From an uncultured bacterium (GTDB taxonomy: Bacteria; Pseudomonadota; Gammaproteobacteria; Steroidobacterales; Woeseiaceae), in assembly GCA_963976365.1 (NCBI GenBank), contig CAXBKH010000005.1:1730-65729 (forward strand): 64,000 nt of DNA, given 5' to 3'. Below are positions 12,124 through 21,514 of the stretch, one piece after another; the stretch's first letter is position 1; every line of letters begins with the position of its first letter. A program made the position numbers and the translations under genes. The notes under the pieces are model-generated. The model searched no databases and was not told the DNA's origin. It saw only the letters and a program-made list of their open reading frames with translations.

Positions 12124-13217
12124 CGGATGTCCTCGCGGATCTCGACCGCGGTCCCGTCGGTCAAAAAACCCGCTCCGTCCCGCACCACGATATCGCCGGC
12201 CTGCAGACCGCTGAGGACCTCAGTCCACTCGACCGTTCGAACACCGATATCCACCGGCGCCTGTCGAACACTTTCGCTGGCGACCAGGTACGCAACATTA
12301 CCGACGGGTCGCCGGACAACACTTTCAGAGGGCACCGTAACGCTTTGTTCCCGCACTTCGACCACCACGGAAACGGCGACGGAGCTGCCTGGTCGCCAGC
12401 CGGCCGGCGGCGCCAGCTCAACGATGACATCGACCGCACGATTGGCCAAACCGATCTGCGGTCGAATCTCCGAAATCTGGCTTTCCAGGCGCGACGACGG
12501 CGAACGCACGAGCTCAACGTAGACCTTTTGGCCGATTTGCAGATCGCTGCTAACGGTTTCCGGGAACGGCGCGATCGCCCTCAATCTATCGGTTGCGACA
12601 ACATCGAACAGAGGTTGCCCGCCGACGACGAAATCACCTACCGAGACCCGCTTCGCCTGGATTATTCCCGGCAGGGGGCTGCGTATTCGAGTCCTGTCGA
12701 GATCCCGTGTCGCATCCGCCAGACGGGCCCGGGCTTCCTCAAGTTGCGCCCCAAGTGCCTTATGCGCCGCCACAGCGTCGTCGAGCAGACTTTGCGCCGC
12801 TGAATCCTTGACGACGAGGTCCTCGAACCTGGCGACAGTTCGTTCCTGATTCTCGCGCAGCACCACCAGTCGCTCTACATTTGCGCTTTGAGCTCGCACA
12901 TTGCTCCGCTGCACTTCGTCATCGAGCTCGGCTATTATGTCGCCGACATCGACTCTCATTCCTGCATCGAAATTTATTTTTGTCACCCGTCCCGCAGTTT
13001 CTGCGGCGATGGCCGGCGTCGTAGGTGCTTGCAACCTCCCGATCGACCGCTCCGTGACTTCCACACGACGTTCCACGGCCCGTGCCGTGGTGACCGGAGT
13101 CGCATTGGCGGCCCTGGAGCGGGTCACGTCCCCTTCGTCGCCACACCCATTCAGTATCAGGAGCCAGCAAGCACCGGCCAGCTTGAAATTGCAGATACTT
13201 CGGCAGCTTGACATCAT
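12120..13217 (-). CDS. RND efflux periplasmic adaptor (MFP), lipoprotein
   Basis: 365-aa ORF with a lipobox (LILNGCGD) and HlyD-like lipoyl/barrel segments. It overlaps the RND start by 4 nt and the tetR stop by 4 nt. Confidence 0.85.
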   Translation of the reverse strand: MMSSCRSICNFKLAGACWLLILNGCGDEGDVTRSRAANATPVTTARAVERRVEVTERSIGRLQAPTTPAIAAETAGRVTKINFDAGMRVDVGDIIAELDDEVQRSNVRAQSANVERLVVLRENQERTVARFEDLVVKDSAAQSLLDDAVAAHKALGAQLEEARARLADATRDLDRTRIRSPLPGIIQAKRVSVGDFVVGGQPLFDVVATDRLRAIAPFPETVSSDLQIGQKVYVELVRSPSSRLESQISEIRPQIGLANRAVDVIVELAPPAGWRPGSSVAVSVVVEVREQSVTVPSESVVRRPVGNVAYLVASESVRQAPVDIGVRTVEWTEVLSGLQAGDIVVRDGAGFLTDGTAVEIREDIR

Positions 13218-13825
13218 TTCGCGAAAAGTCCTTTTGACAGCGAGTCGAAGGCGGCGGCTGACAGGCGCTCAGCGCAATCGAGATTCTGGAATTCCGGGAA
13301 CTGGCGCAGAATTTCCCAGGATTGAAAGAAGAAAATGTTCTGCGCGATTAATGTCACGGCGACCATCGCCGGATCCGTATCCCGTCGAAACTGCCCGCTC
13401 ACCTGACCTCGCTCGATCTGCTCAACCAGCAAGGCAAAGTTTCGATGCAGGATCTTCGCTACCTGGGACGAATCAATTCCACTCTCGCCCTTGAACACTT
13501 CGCGCAACACCAAACGCGCGGGGTCCGGATTCGAGAGCAGACGCATCAGGTGCTGGCACGCCACCTGCTTCAGCCCAAGTGCGACGTCCCGCTCATGATT
13601 CTTCAGACACTCCAACTCGGTCTTGAACTCATCACACGCCGCGTCGATGACAGCAAGATACAGTGCTTCTTTCGAGGCGAAATGATGAAAGACGTTGGCC
13701 TTCGATACGCCAACCTCCGCTGCAATATCGTTGATCGAGACACCGGCATAGCCCTGCCGCGCGAACAGATGTGCTGCCACCTCCAAGATTCGATGGGCTC
13801 CCTGGGAAAGCACTTCATTATTCAT
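13214..13825 (-). CDS. TetR/AcrR-family transcriptional regulator (first gene of the efflux operon)
   Basis: 203-aa ORF. The N-terminal HTH is FARQGYAGVSINDIAAEVGVSKANVFHHFASKEALY. Confidence 0.85.
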   Translation of the reverse strand: MNNEVLSQGAHRILEVAAHLFARQGYAGVSINDIAAEVGVSKANVFHHFASKEALYLAVIDAACDEFKTELECLKNHERDVALGLKQVACQHLMRLLSNPDPARLVLREVFKGESGIDSSQVAKILHRNFALLVEQIERGQVSGQFRRDTDPAMVAVTLIAQNIFFFQSWEILRQFPEFQNLDCAERLSAAAFDSLSKGLFAK

Positions 13826-13839
13826 GACATTGTTTACTG

Positions 13840-13853
13840 ACCGATCGTTCGGT
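13840..13853. promoter_or_regulatory. Candidate TetR operator palindrome
   Basis: ACCGA-tcgt-TCGGT lies 15 nt upstream of the tetR start codon, in the 308-bp tetR/qor divergent intergenic region. The only evidence is the sequence symmetry. Confidence 0.25.
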
Positions 13854-14133
13854 TGGTATCATGGCAGAATTGCAGGCCGCCGGTCAAATCGATGCGCGTT
13901 GCCCGAATGGACCAACGAGAGAAAATCCTGTCCGCGAAGGGACGGCCCACCTATTGCCAGCGCATTCTCCGCGAAGCGAGGCGGCTTGCCGGCCTTCCGG
14001 GGTACAACAATAGGCGGTTCGGGTCGCCCGATGTTTCTCCTGATCGGCACATCCCCCGCATGACCAACATGCCGGCATTAGCTCAAGTTGGGCGGGGAAA
14101 GGCCGGTGAAAGTGGCAAGGAACACGCCAGCCG

Positions 14134-15081
14134 ATGAACGGCGAGGTACGTGGCATACGGTATCATCGCTACGGCGGCCCCGAGCAAATGCGGCTCGAAC
14201 CATTCATATTGCCATCCCCGGCACCAGGACAGGTCGCGGTGCGTATCCGGGCGGCCGCAGTCAATCCGCAAGACTGGAAAGCGCGACAGGGCACTCACCG
14301 GCTGGTACCTCACTGCCAATTTCCACGCGGTATGGGTAGCGATTTCGCGGGCATTGTGACAAATGTCGGCGCTGGTGTAACACGCCTCAAGGCCGGCGAT
14401 GAGGTCCTGGGAATCTCAGAGAGGCCCGGATCGCATGGTGCATTTGCCGAAGCGACGTTGACAGATCAAGCCCTGATCGCGATAAAGCCGAAGTCCCTAT
14501 CCTTCGAAGTGGCGGCCTGCTTGCCAACGGCGGGCACAGCGGTTTGGCGAGCCTTGATGGAGGTGGCGAACCTGGAGCCGGACCACAGGATTCTCGTGAC
14601 TGGCTGCTTCAGCGCTATTGGACGAATGGCAGTCCAGCTTGCCGTTTCGTCGCACGCCAGAGTCACTGGAAGTTGTAGTGCAACCGCAATGCAGGAGGTC
14701 AAACGGAGGGGCCTGGAGCTTCCAATCGACTACGTCGGGGATCATTCAGTGCCGCAAAAAACGTTTGATCTGGTACTCGATACCGATGGATCGTTTGCCA
14801 CAAGGGGAGCTTCCACACTGCTGCGCACAAGCGGCGGTGTGGTTCTCGACCTCGATGCCGTAGGATTCAGGCGCGTGCGCGCCATTTTCAATCACAACAG
14901 GAAGACTGTATCCCTACGGCCTACGACAGAGATCCTGGGACATTTGGTGGAGCTTGCGAATCGCGGAATACTACAGCCACACATCAGCAAGATTGCGCCT
15001 CTTGCAGACGCGATATTCGAAATCGCAACGCTGGAGCGAGCCGCGGTAAATGTCGGTCATCTGGTAATCATCGTGCCATAG
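14134..15081 (+). CDS. qor: Zinc-type alcohol dehydrogenase-like / NADPH:quinone oxidoreductase (MDR superfamily)
   Basis: 315-aa ORF. It has a GroES-like N-terminus (GGPEQMRLEPFILPSPAPGQVAVRIRAAAVNPQDWKARQG) and a Rossmann region (ILVTGCFSAIGRMAVQLA). Confidence 0.75.
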   Translation: MNGEVRGIRYHRYGGPEQMRLEPFILPSPAPGQVAVRIRAAAVNPQDWKARQGTHRLVPHCQFPRGMGSDFAGIVTNVGAGVTRLKAGDEVLGISERPGSHGAFAEATLTDQALIAIKPKSLSFEVAACLPTAGTAVWRALMEVANLEPDHRILVTGCFSAIGRMAVQLAVSSHARVTGSCSATAMQEVKRRGLELPIDYVGDHSVPQKTFDLVLDTDGSFATRGASTLLRTSGGVVLDLDAVGFRRVRAIFNHNRKTVSLRPTTEILGHLVELANRGILQPHISKIAPLADAIFEIATLERAAVNVGHLVIIVP

Positions 15082-16015
15082 CGCGCAGCAGTGGCGCTCT
15101 ATACGCCGAGGCGCACCCGTTTCGGCGGGCAGCATTTGCAGCGTGAACCCCTTCTGGCCCCCTCTTGGGCCCGTCGCGATCCGATAGGTGATCGAAGACC
15201 CGAGCAGACTGTAAAACGACTTCACTCCGACAATGCCTTTTAACGGTAGCCTCGAACCATTCATCGATCACTGTATGTTCGAAGATGTTCGCGAGGATCG
15301 GGCTGCACAAGCTGCCCTGTACTACGCCATCGTCCCTGATCGATAGCTCGCCATCCCTCACTCAGCACGCCCGCCTTGAACTGCCGACGTAGGTAGCGGA
15401 GAAATCGGCGATCGGCAACCTTCTTGCCAATCATCGCCAGCAACAGTTGCTGATCAATGCTGTCAAAGAACCGTGACAGATCCACATCAATGACCGTGTT
15501 TACCCGCTGGCTGTATAGGTGTCGATGCAGATCCCGAACGGCGTCATGTGCACTGCGTCCCGGTCTGAACCCGTAGGAACAGTCCAGAAACAGCGGCTCA
15601 TAGATCGCTGCCAGCACCCTATGCATCATCCCCTGCACGATTTTATCTTCCAGATTGCTGATGCCGAGCGACCGCGTCCGACCTGCCGATCCCGGCTTGA
15701 GGATCAGTACTTCTCGAGATACCCCGGCCGGTGGGCCATTCGTCGCATCCGCCCGACTAAATCCGTCAGATTGCCTTCCAGATTTTCACCGTACATCTTC
15801 TTGGTCACACCATCTGCTCCCACCGCCTTTCGTCCATCCAGCGAGCAGTAGCAGTCGGCCAGGTTTTCTTCCGTGAACAGATGCATCACATTTGCTTTAC
15901 TGACATGCCGTGCTCTCAGACCCCGGGGACGCCACTTGCTACTGCCCATCCCGTCGCAAGCGATGTCGTCTTCCGGAAAATTGACGCCATCAACCATCCC
16001 ACAGTTGCACATCAA
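15068..16015 (-). pseudogene. Decayed group II intron-type reverse transcriptase (at least 3 frameshifts, 3'-truncated)
   Basis: There are three ORF fragments in different frames. Fragment 15704-16015 reads GRKAVGADGVTKKMYGENLEGNLTDLVGRM (RT0). My own reading across the first frameshift gives LILKPGSAGRTRSLGISNLEDKIVQG (RT1). Fragment 15261-15638 contains SYGFRPGRSAHDAV...VIDVDLSRFFDSIDQ (RT2-3), and 15068-15361 contains GVVQGSLCSPILANIFEHTVIDEWF (RT4). No intact YADD box and no maturase (X) domain are present. Confidence 0.75.
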
Positions 16016-16495
16016 CGGGGCTCAATCACTTCAACCTTTAGCGATTTACGGCCTGCCAGCTCGCTGTCTACGCTTAACGCCTGCCGTTACCGGCACACGC
16101 TCAAGGCTCGATAACAGGTACGGCGGGTCACCGCTACCTGTGCTGTACTTTCAACTGCTAGCAAATAAGTGCCTCGTGGCACACCAATATTGGGTGCAAG
16201 TCAACACCCCCGTATCTGGCGAAACTCCTTCTAAACCTAGGTCGGAGATCACTGGTCCGCCGAACGCATCAACCACTTGTCTGAGTGAGCCCCCCCGGAC
16301 GACAGCTTTGTAGAGGGCTTGGTCGACCAACTGAGCAGCTCGAACACGTACGAATCCATCAAGCTCGTCGCCGCGAAGCAAAACCATATCGACTCGTTGT
16401 CAGGTTTGTACGAATGACCAAATCCAGTACACTAGCATAGTGCTTATATACATGTAGTTAATTGACTTTTTTGGACAGATAGACAACAATAACGC

Positions 16496-17161
16496 ATGCG
16501 CTCAAACGACAGGATCCTGCCAGCGGCGGCAACGCTTTTTCGGCAACACGGCGTGTCTGGTACAACCATCCGGGCGATCGCTGAGGCTGCCGAGATGCTG
16601 CCCGGCAGTGTGACGTATCGGTACCCTACGAAAGAGTCCCTCGTCGTCGCGCTGATGGAGAAAGCGGTGGCCCAGGTCAGCTCCGAAGTCCTCGCTGCGG
16701 TCGAGTACGTGCAGGATCCAATCGAACGTCTTCGGCTCGCCATGCGCGCCCACCTGCGCGTCCTTTTGGGGGGGGATGATGCCGTTTACGTGCTGCTCTT
16801 TGACTGGCGGCGATTGCCTGCAGCGACTCGCCAGCAGCTTTCGTCAGAAAGACACCGCTACGAGTCCATCTGGGACGGACTGATTTATGCCGCCGCCGCG
16901 AGTGGGCAGCTGGTGCCTGGTCTGGACCTTGTGCTTGTGCGGAAGTTCGCGTTCGGCGCCGCAAACTCGGTCGCCTTTTGGTACCGCCCCGACGGTTCCC
17001 GTACTCCAGACGAAATTGCCGATGCATTTTCCGTCCTTATTGGGCTGGGGGCCCTCTCTGAGGGCGCTCGTTCCCCAGTTTCCATCGATATGTATCGCGA
17101 GGTGGGCGCGCTCCGCACTGTGATGGAGACAACAGATTCCAGCGGAGACGTCCATGCTTAA
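16496..17161 (+). CDS. TetR-family transcriptional regulator
   Basis: 221-aa ORF. The HTH is LFRQHGVSGTTIRAIAEAAEMLPGSVTYRYPTKESL. An AT-rich promoter-like region lies upstream. Confidence 0.8.
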   Translation: MRSNDRILPAAATLFRQHGVSGTTIRAIAEAAEMLPGSVTYRYPTKESLVVALMEKAVAQVSSEVLAAVEYVQDPIERLRLAMRAHLRVLLGGDDAVYVLLFDWRRLPAATRQQLSSERHRYESIWDGLIYAAAASGQLVPGLDLVLVRKFAFGAANSVAFWYRPDGSRTPDEIADAFSVLIGLGALSEGARSPVSIDMYREVGALRTVMETTDSSGDVHA

Positions 17162-17681
17162 CGAAGACGATCTTGGATGGCTTGAGACGCCCGAACAGGG
17201 ATGGACGACGTTTCAGCTCCCGAGCTCCATCCTTGAAGATAGTTTTGTGTCCGGGGACAAGTCGGGACGTCGCCTCGAGATTCGCTACTTTCAGAACACA
17301 GCCGACGGCAGCCTCCGAGCGAAGGTCGTGTTGGGGCCCGCCGCGCAGGGTCCTCCTGGCCATGCCCATGGAGGGAGCATGGCCGCGCTGCTTGATGAGG
17401 CTATGGGCAGTGCCGCCTGGATGAGTGGGCACATGTCAGTCGCAGCCGAGTTGACCACGAGATTCCGAAGTATGCTGCCGCTCGGCACACGGTGCATTAT
17501 GGATGCTCGCGTCGCCTCCGTCGATGGGCGCAAGATCAGAACATCCGGTCTGCTGCGCGACGAAGTCGGCCGAGTCTATACTGAGGGGGATGCGCTGTTT
17601 ATCACTGTCGACCCAGATAAATTCGGTGCGCTGACGACCGAGGCGTCCAGCCTCTTTGCAGAGCTCGGCGAGCGCAAGTGA
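17154..17681 (+). CDS. PaaI-family (hotdog fold) thioesterase
   Basis: 175-aa ORF with GPPGHAHGGSMAALLDEAMGSAAW, the typical PaaI/4HBT catalytic-region motif. It overlaps the tetR stop by 8 nt. Confidence 0.7.
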   Translation: MLNEDDLGWLETPEQGWTTFQLPSSILEDSFVSGDKSGRRLEIRYFQNTADGSLRAKVVLGPAAQGPPGHAHGGSMAALLDEAMGSAAWMSGHMSVAAELTTRFRSMLPLGTRCIMDARVASVDGRKIRTSGLLRDEVGRVYTEGDALFITVDPDKFGALTTEASSLFAELGERK

Positions 17682-18139
17682 TGTCGCACTCTCAGCTGCT
17701 AGAGCGTGAACTGCTCCCCGATGATTGCCTTGACTCTACTTCATTCATCGATACCGACGATGACGCTATCCGCGAGATTTCGTACCGAGTTGCCGGCGCC
17801 GGCGAACCAACTGATCGCGCCGTTCGTATCTTCAACTACGTTCGCGACCAAGTCCAATACGAGTTCCGAGCCAAGCTATCTCAGGACGAGTACAAAGCCA
17901 GTCGCGTCATCGCGGACGGAAGAGGTTTCTGCGTGCAAAAGGCCGTTCTGCTCAGCGCGTTGTTGCGCGCAGCAGACATCCCAGCCGCAATCGTACTTTG
18001 CGACCTAAAGGACCATACGCTGCCGCCCCGTATCGTCGAGGCGATGGGAACGGAGACGATGTTCCACCACGGCCTCAACGCCATCTTTCTCGACAATTGC
18101 TGGCTGCTTGTTGATTTGCACTCAAAAGTGACCCACTAG
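17678..18139 (+). pseudogene. Transglutaminase-like cysteine protease-fold protein, 3' end replaced by IS21 terminal sequence
   Basis: It has the Cys motif GRGFCVQKAVLLSALLRAADIPA and the His/Asp region FHHGLNAIFLDNCWLLVD. From 18109 onward the last 10 codons and the stop (VDLHSKVTH*) are encoded by the IS21 left inverted repeat. Confidence 0.6.
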
Positions 18140-18214
18140 ACCCGGGTATTTGCATCTAAAAGTGACCCACGTGTAACGCTTCATCCCGCCGTTGGACGGT
18201 GGGAGTTTTTAGGA

Positions 18215-19741
18215 GTGATTGACGTGGATTTATTGAGTGTAATTCGACGCTGGCACCATCGTGAGGGGCTGCCGATTCGAGAGATTAAGCGGCGTACCGG
18301 GCTGTCCCGGATCACGATCCGCAAGTACCTGGCGAGCGACATCGTCGAGCCGAAGTATCCGGCGAGGAAGAGCGCAAGCAAGCTCGATCCGTACGCCGAG
18401 ATGCTGTCGAGCTGGCTGAGCCGGGAGGCGAAGCATAACCGCAAGCGCCGTCGGAACCTGAAGCAGCTGCACCGCGACCTTGTGGCGCTTGGCTATGACG
18501 GCTCGTACGACCGAGTGGCCTCCTTTGCGCGGGACTGGCGCCAGCGCGAGCGGGAGCGCACCCACCAGGCAAGCCGCGGCGCCTTCGTGCCGCTGACCTT
18601 TGCGCCGGGCGAGGCCTTTCAGTTCGACTGGAGCGAGGACTGGCTGGTCATCGGCAAGCGTAAGACCAAGCTGCAGATCGCCCACACCAAGCTTTGCCAC
18701 AGTCGGGCGTTTCACCTGCGCGCCTATATGACACAGACGCACGAGATGCTGTTCGACGCCCACAACCACGCCTTTCGTGTGCTGGGCGGCGTGCCCGAGC
18801 GCGGCATCTACGACAACATGAAGACGGCCGTCGACAAGGTCGGCCGCGGCAAGGCGCGGCTGGTCAACGCCCGGTTCCGGGCGATGGTCAGCCACTTCCT
18901 GTTCGAGTCGGAGTTCTGCAACCCGGCGGCCGGCTGGGAGAAGGGCCAGGTCGAGAAGAACGTCCGCGATACCCGCCATCGGCTGTTACAGGACGCGCCG
19001 GCCTTCGTCGATCTCGCCGAAGCCAACGCCTGGCTCGAGTGCCGGACCCAGGCGCTCTGGCACGAGATCCGCCATCCGGAGTACTCGCAGCGAACGGTGG
19101 CCGAAGTTCACGGCGACGAGCAAGCAGCGCTGATGGCCGTGCCACCGCCATTCGATGGCTTCATTGAGATGAGCAAGCGGGTCTCGCCGACCTGTCTCGT
19201 GGTGTTCGAGCGCAACCGCTACAGCGTGCCGGCAGCCTTTGCCAACCGCGTCGTCAGCTTACGGGCCTACGCCGAGCGCATCGTGCTGGTGGCCGAAGCG
19301 CAGGTTGTTGCGCAACACCAGCGGGTGTTCAACCGCGACCACAACAGCAAGGGCGTGACGATCTACGACTGGCGCCACTATCTTGCCGTCGTCCAGCGCA
19401 AGCCCGGCGCGCTGCGCAACGGTGCGCCGTTCGCCGAGCTGCCAGCGAGCTTCAAACGTCTGCAGTCGGTGCTGATGCCGCGCGACGGCGGCGATCGGGA
19501 GATGGCCGACATCCTTGCGCTGGTGCTGCACCACAACGAGCAGCTCGTCGAACAGGCGGTGCGTGAGGCGATCGAGACGGACATTATCTCGAAGACGCAT
19601 ATCCTCAACCGCCTGAGTCGCTTGCTCGATACGCCGCTCCCGGCGGCGTTCACGCCACCGCCTGCCCTGACGCTGCGCGAGGAGCCGATCGCCAACACCG
19701 AGCGTTACGACGCCCTGCGAGGTACCCGCCATGTCAGCTGA
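18215..19741 (+). CDS. istA: IS21-family transposase IstA
   Basis: 508-aa ORF with an N-terminal HTH ([30 protein letters not shown]) and a DDE core region (FQFDWSE ... YDNMKTAV). Confidence 0.9.
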   Translation: MIDVDLLSVIRRWHHREGLPIREIKRRTGLSRITIRKYLASDIVEPKYPARKSASKLDPYAEMLSSWLSREAKHNRKRRRNLKQLHRDLVALGYDGSYDRVASFARDWRQRERERTHQASRGAFVPLTFAPGEAFQFDWSEDWLVIGKRKTKLQIAHTKLCHSRAFHLRAYMTQTHEMLFDAHNHAFRVLGGVPERGIYDNMKTAVDKVGRGKARLVNARFRAMVSHFLFESEFCNPAAGWEKGQVEKNVRDTRHRLLQDAPAFVDLAEANAWLECRTQALWHEIRHPEYSQRTVAEVHGDEQAALMAVPPPFDGFIEMSKRVSPTCLVVFERNRYSVPAAFANRVVSLRAYAERIVLVAEAQVVAQHQRVFNRDHNSKGVTIYDWRHYLAVVQRKPGALRNGAPFAELPASFKRLQSVLMPRDGGDREMADILALVLHHNEQLVEQAVREAIETDIISKTHILNRLSRLLDTPLPAAFTPPPALTLREEPIANTERYDALRGTRHVS

Positions 19742-20498
19742 TGCCCTCGTGACCACATTGAAGTCGATGAAGCTGCACGGCATGGCCGGGGCCGTCGCTG
19801 AGCTTGTCGAGCAGGGTGCGCCCGCGTTCAGGCAATCGAGCGAGCTGCTCGAGAAGCTGATCAAGGCCGAAGTCGCCGAGCGCGAGGTCCGTTCGATTAA
19901 CTACCAGATGAACGTCGCGAAGTTCCCGGCACACAAGGATCTCGCCGGCTTCGACTTCACCGAGAGCACGGTCTCGGAAGGTCAGGTTAGAACCCTGCAT
20001 CGCTGCGAGTTCCTCGGCGATGCCGAGAACATCGTGCTCGTCGGCGGGCCCGGCACCGGCAAGACACATCTGGCGACGGCGATCGGTGTGCAGGCCGTGG
20101 TTCACCATCATCGGCGCGTGCGGTTCCTGTCGACCGTCGAGCTCGTCAATGCGCTCGAGCAGGACAAAATGAACGGTAAGGCCGGTCGGCTCGCCAATCG
20201 CATGGCCCACGCGGATCTCGTGATCCTCGACGAACTCGGCTACTTGCCGTTCAGCCAGGCCGGCGGTGCGTTGCTGTTCCACTTCATGAGCAAGCTCTAC
20301 GAGAAGACCAGCTTGATCATCACGACGAACCTGAGCTTCGCCGAATGGCCCGCCGTCTTCGGCGACGCCAAGCTCACGACAGCTCTGCTCGACCGTCTGA
20401 CGCACCACTGCCACATCCTCGAGACCGGCAACGACAGTTACCGCCTCAAGAACTCAACAACGAAGGAGGAAAAGACGAAGAAACGAACCAGAACCTGA
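19731..20498 (+). CDS. istB: IS21-family helper ATPase IstB
   Basis: 255-aa ORF with Walker [15 protein letters not shown] and Walker [10 protein letters not shown]. It overlaps the istA end by 11 nt. Confidence 0.9.
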   Translation: MSADALVTTLKSMKLHGMAGAVAELVEQGAPAFRQSSELLEKLIKAEVAEREVRSINYQMNVAKFPAHKDLAGFDFTESTVSEGQVRTLHRCEFLGDAENIVLVGGPGTGKTHLATAIGVQAVVHHHRRVRFLSTVELVNALEQDKMNGKAGRLANRMAHADLVILDELGYLPFSQAGGALLFHFMSKLYEKTSLIITTNLSFAEWPAVFGDAKLTTALLDRLTHHCHILETGNDSYRLKNSTTKEEKTKKRTRT

Positions 20499-20570
20499 GC
20501 CATAATCTGGCCATCCGGGTGGGTCAATTTTCAGTGCAAATCCCGGGTCAGCTTTCCGTGCAAATCAACA

Positions 20571-20804
20571 GTCAGCAGGCAGACGCTGAACGCCATCGAA
20601 CGCGGTCAGCGCATGCCGTCCCTGGAAGTCGCTCATCGTATCGCCGATGCGCTGAGTTGCAGTTTGGACGATGTGTTCCGCTACGAATCCGAGTTTCCGG
20701 CGAAAGGCGATCACGATGGCACAATGACGGTCATCGTCTGTCTCGACGATGACCCGGAATGGTGGAAATCCGATGACGTCAGCCGCGTCACTACCAGAGC
20801 GTAA
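20571..20804 (+). pseudogene. XRE-family (HTH_3) regulator, 5'-truncated at the IS21 right end
   Basis: Own translation starting at the IS boundary gives ..QTLNAIERGQRMPSLEVAHRIADALSCSLDDVFRYE.... These are helices 3-5 of a Cro/C1-type HTH, and the first helices are missing. The track ORF 20613-20804 is the in-frame remainder. Confidence 0.6.
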
Positions 20805-21514
20805 GCGCTGTAGTGACGCGGCACCGAAACCGCACAACCATGCGGTCTCGGCTTGCAAAACCGGAAGTGCCCGGCGAGTGATACGCCATCTGCTCGCTCC
20901 GGCAGTGCTGACTAGAGCAGACAAGATACTGTGCCAGGCTTCTCCCTGCTTATAGCTGCATTCTGGTCGATTTGCGACAAGATGCGGGAAGAAACCGGGG
21001 CAGAAGACGTGCCCCCCTTTCCGCTGGTCAGGATCGAGAATCGGCGGTAAGGTACTCGCATCAACACCGTCGTCGTTGCGGTATACCAACGACACCCTCG
21101 CTTCAGTTTTTCGCTGAAGCACCCCAAGCGCTAAAAAGGATCGTAGTACTAGCGCCGCGGCAAGTGCCGTCGATCCTACCTTCACTCGCCCATGCTTCGG
21201 CGGCGAAATCCCTTTTCCGGACGTTTCGTCCAGTCGTGCGCATTTCCGCGAGGAAACGCAACGTCTGGCGATATTCGACTCGAAAAATCGCCGGACCTTC
21301 TGGGATCAGTTCTGCTTCGTCAGGATCAGTACGGAAAAATTTCGTCAGCTACCTGTCGGACTTATCGCTTTACAAGGTACAGGCCTTGTACTAGGGTCTT
21401 CCGCATGTAACGCGGGCCACTGCGAGAAGTGTGGCAAGTAGCTCCCCAAGGGTCCGAACAGGGAGCGGCGATCGTCGATCGCAGGATCCATTATCACATC
21501 TAGCTGGACCTCGA

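Larger units (their letters stand above)
18109..20570 (+). mobile_element. IS21-family insertion sequence (2462 bp) with istA/istB
   Basis: The terminal inverted repeats TGTTGATTTGCAC... (18109-18136) and ...GTGCAAATCAACA (20545-20570) match 22/26. Each end has a second internal repeat copy (18148-18170 and 20519-20541), as is typical of IS21 multiple terminal repeats. The element encloses istA and istB. Confidence 0.9.

Noticed and set aside
13826-14133. ORFs 13824-14063, 13853-14137, 13859-14050 and 13884-14156 in the tetR/qor intergenic region
   Set aside because: They are mutually overlapping, Arg/Pro/Gly-rich and without motifs. The region is better explained as divergent promoters.
15068-16015. 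Reverse transcriptase as part of a retron / DRT / Abi-type defence system
   Set aside because: The motif order and sequence (GADGVT, LKPGS..R.LGI, SYGFRPGRSAHDA, D..FFDSI, QGSL.SP.LANI...D.WF) fit group II intron IEPs. The ORF is broken in several places and truncated. No msr/msd-like structure or effector gene is adjacent.
18230-20414. Long minus-strand ORFs (18230-18979, 19259-19864, 19734-20414) inside the IS21 element
   Set aside because: They are antisense to istA and istB, which carry unmistakable transposase and AAA+ motifs. They are Arg/Ala/Gly/Pro-rich shadow frames.
20565-21185. 206-aa minus-strand ORF as a real secreted protein
   Set aside because: Its C-terminal third is antisense to the XRE-type HTH fragment. 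It has no recognisable motif. It runs into the IS21 terminal repeat, so at best it is a fragment. It is kept only as a note in the gene-debris finding.
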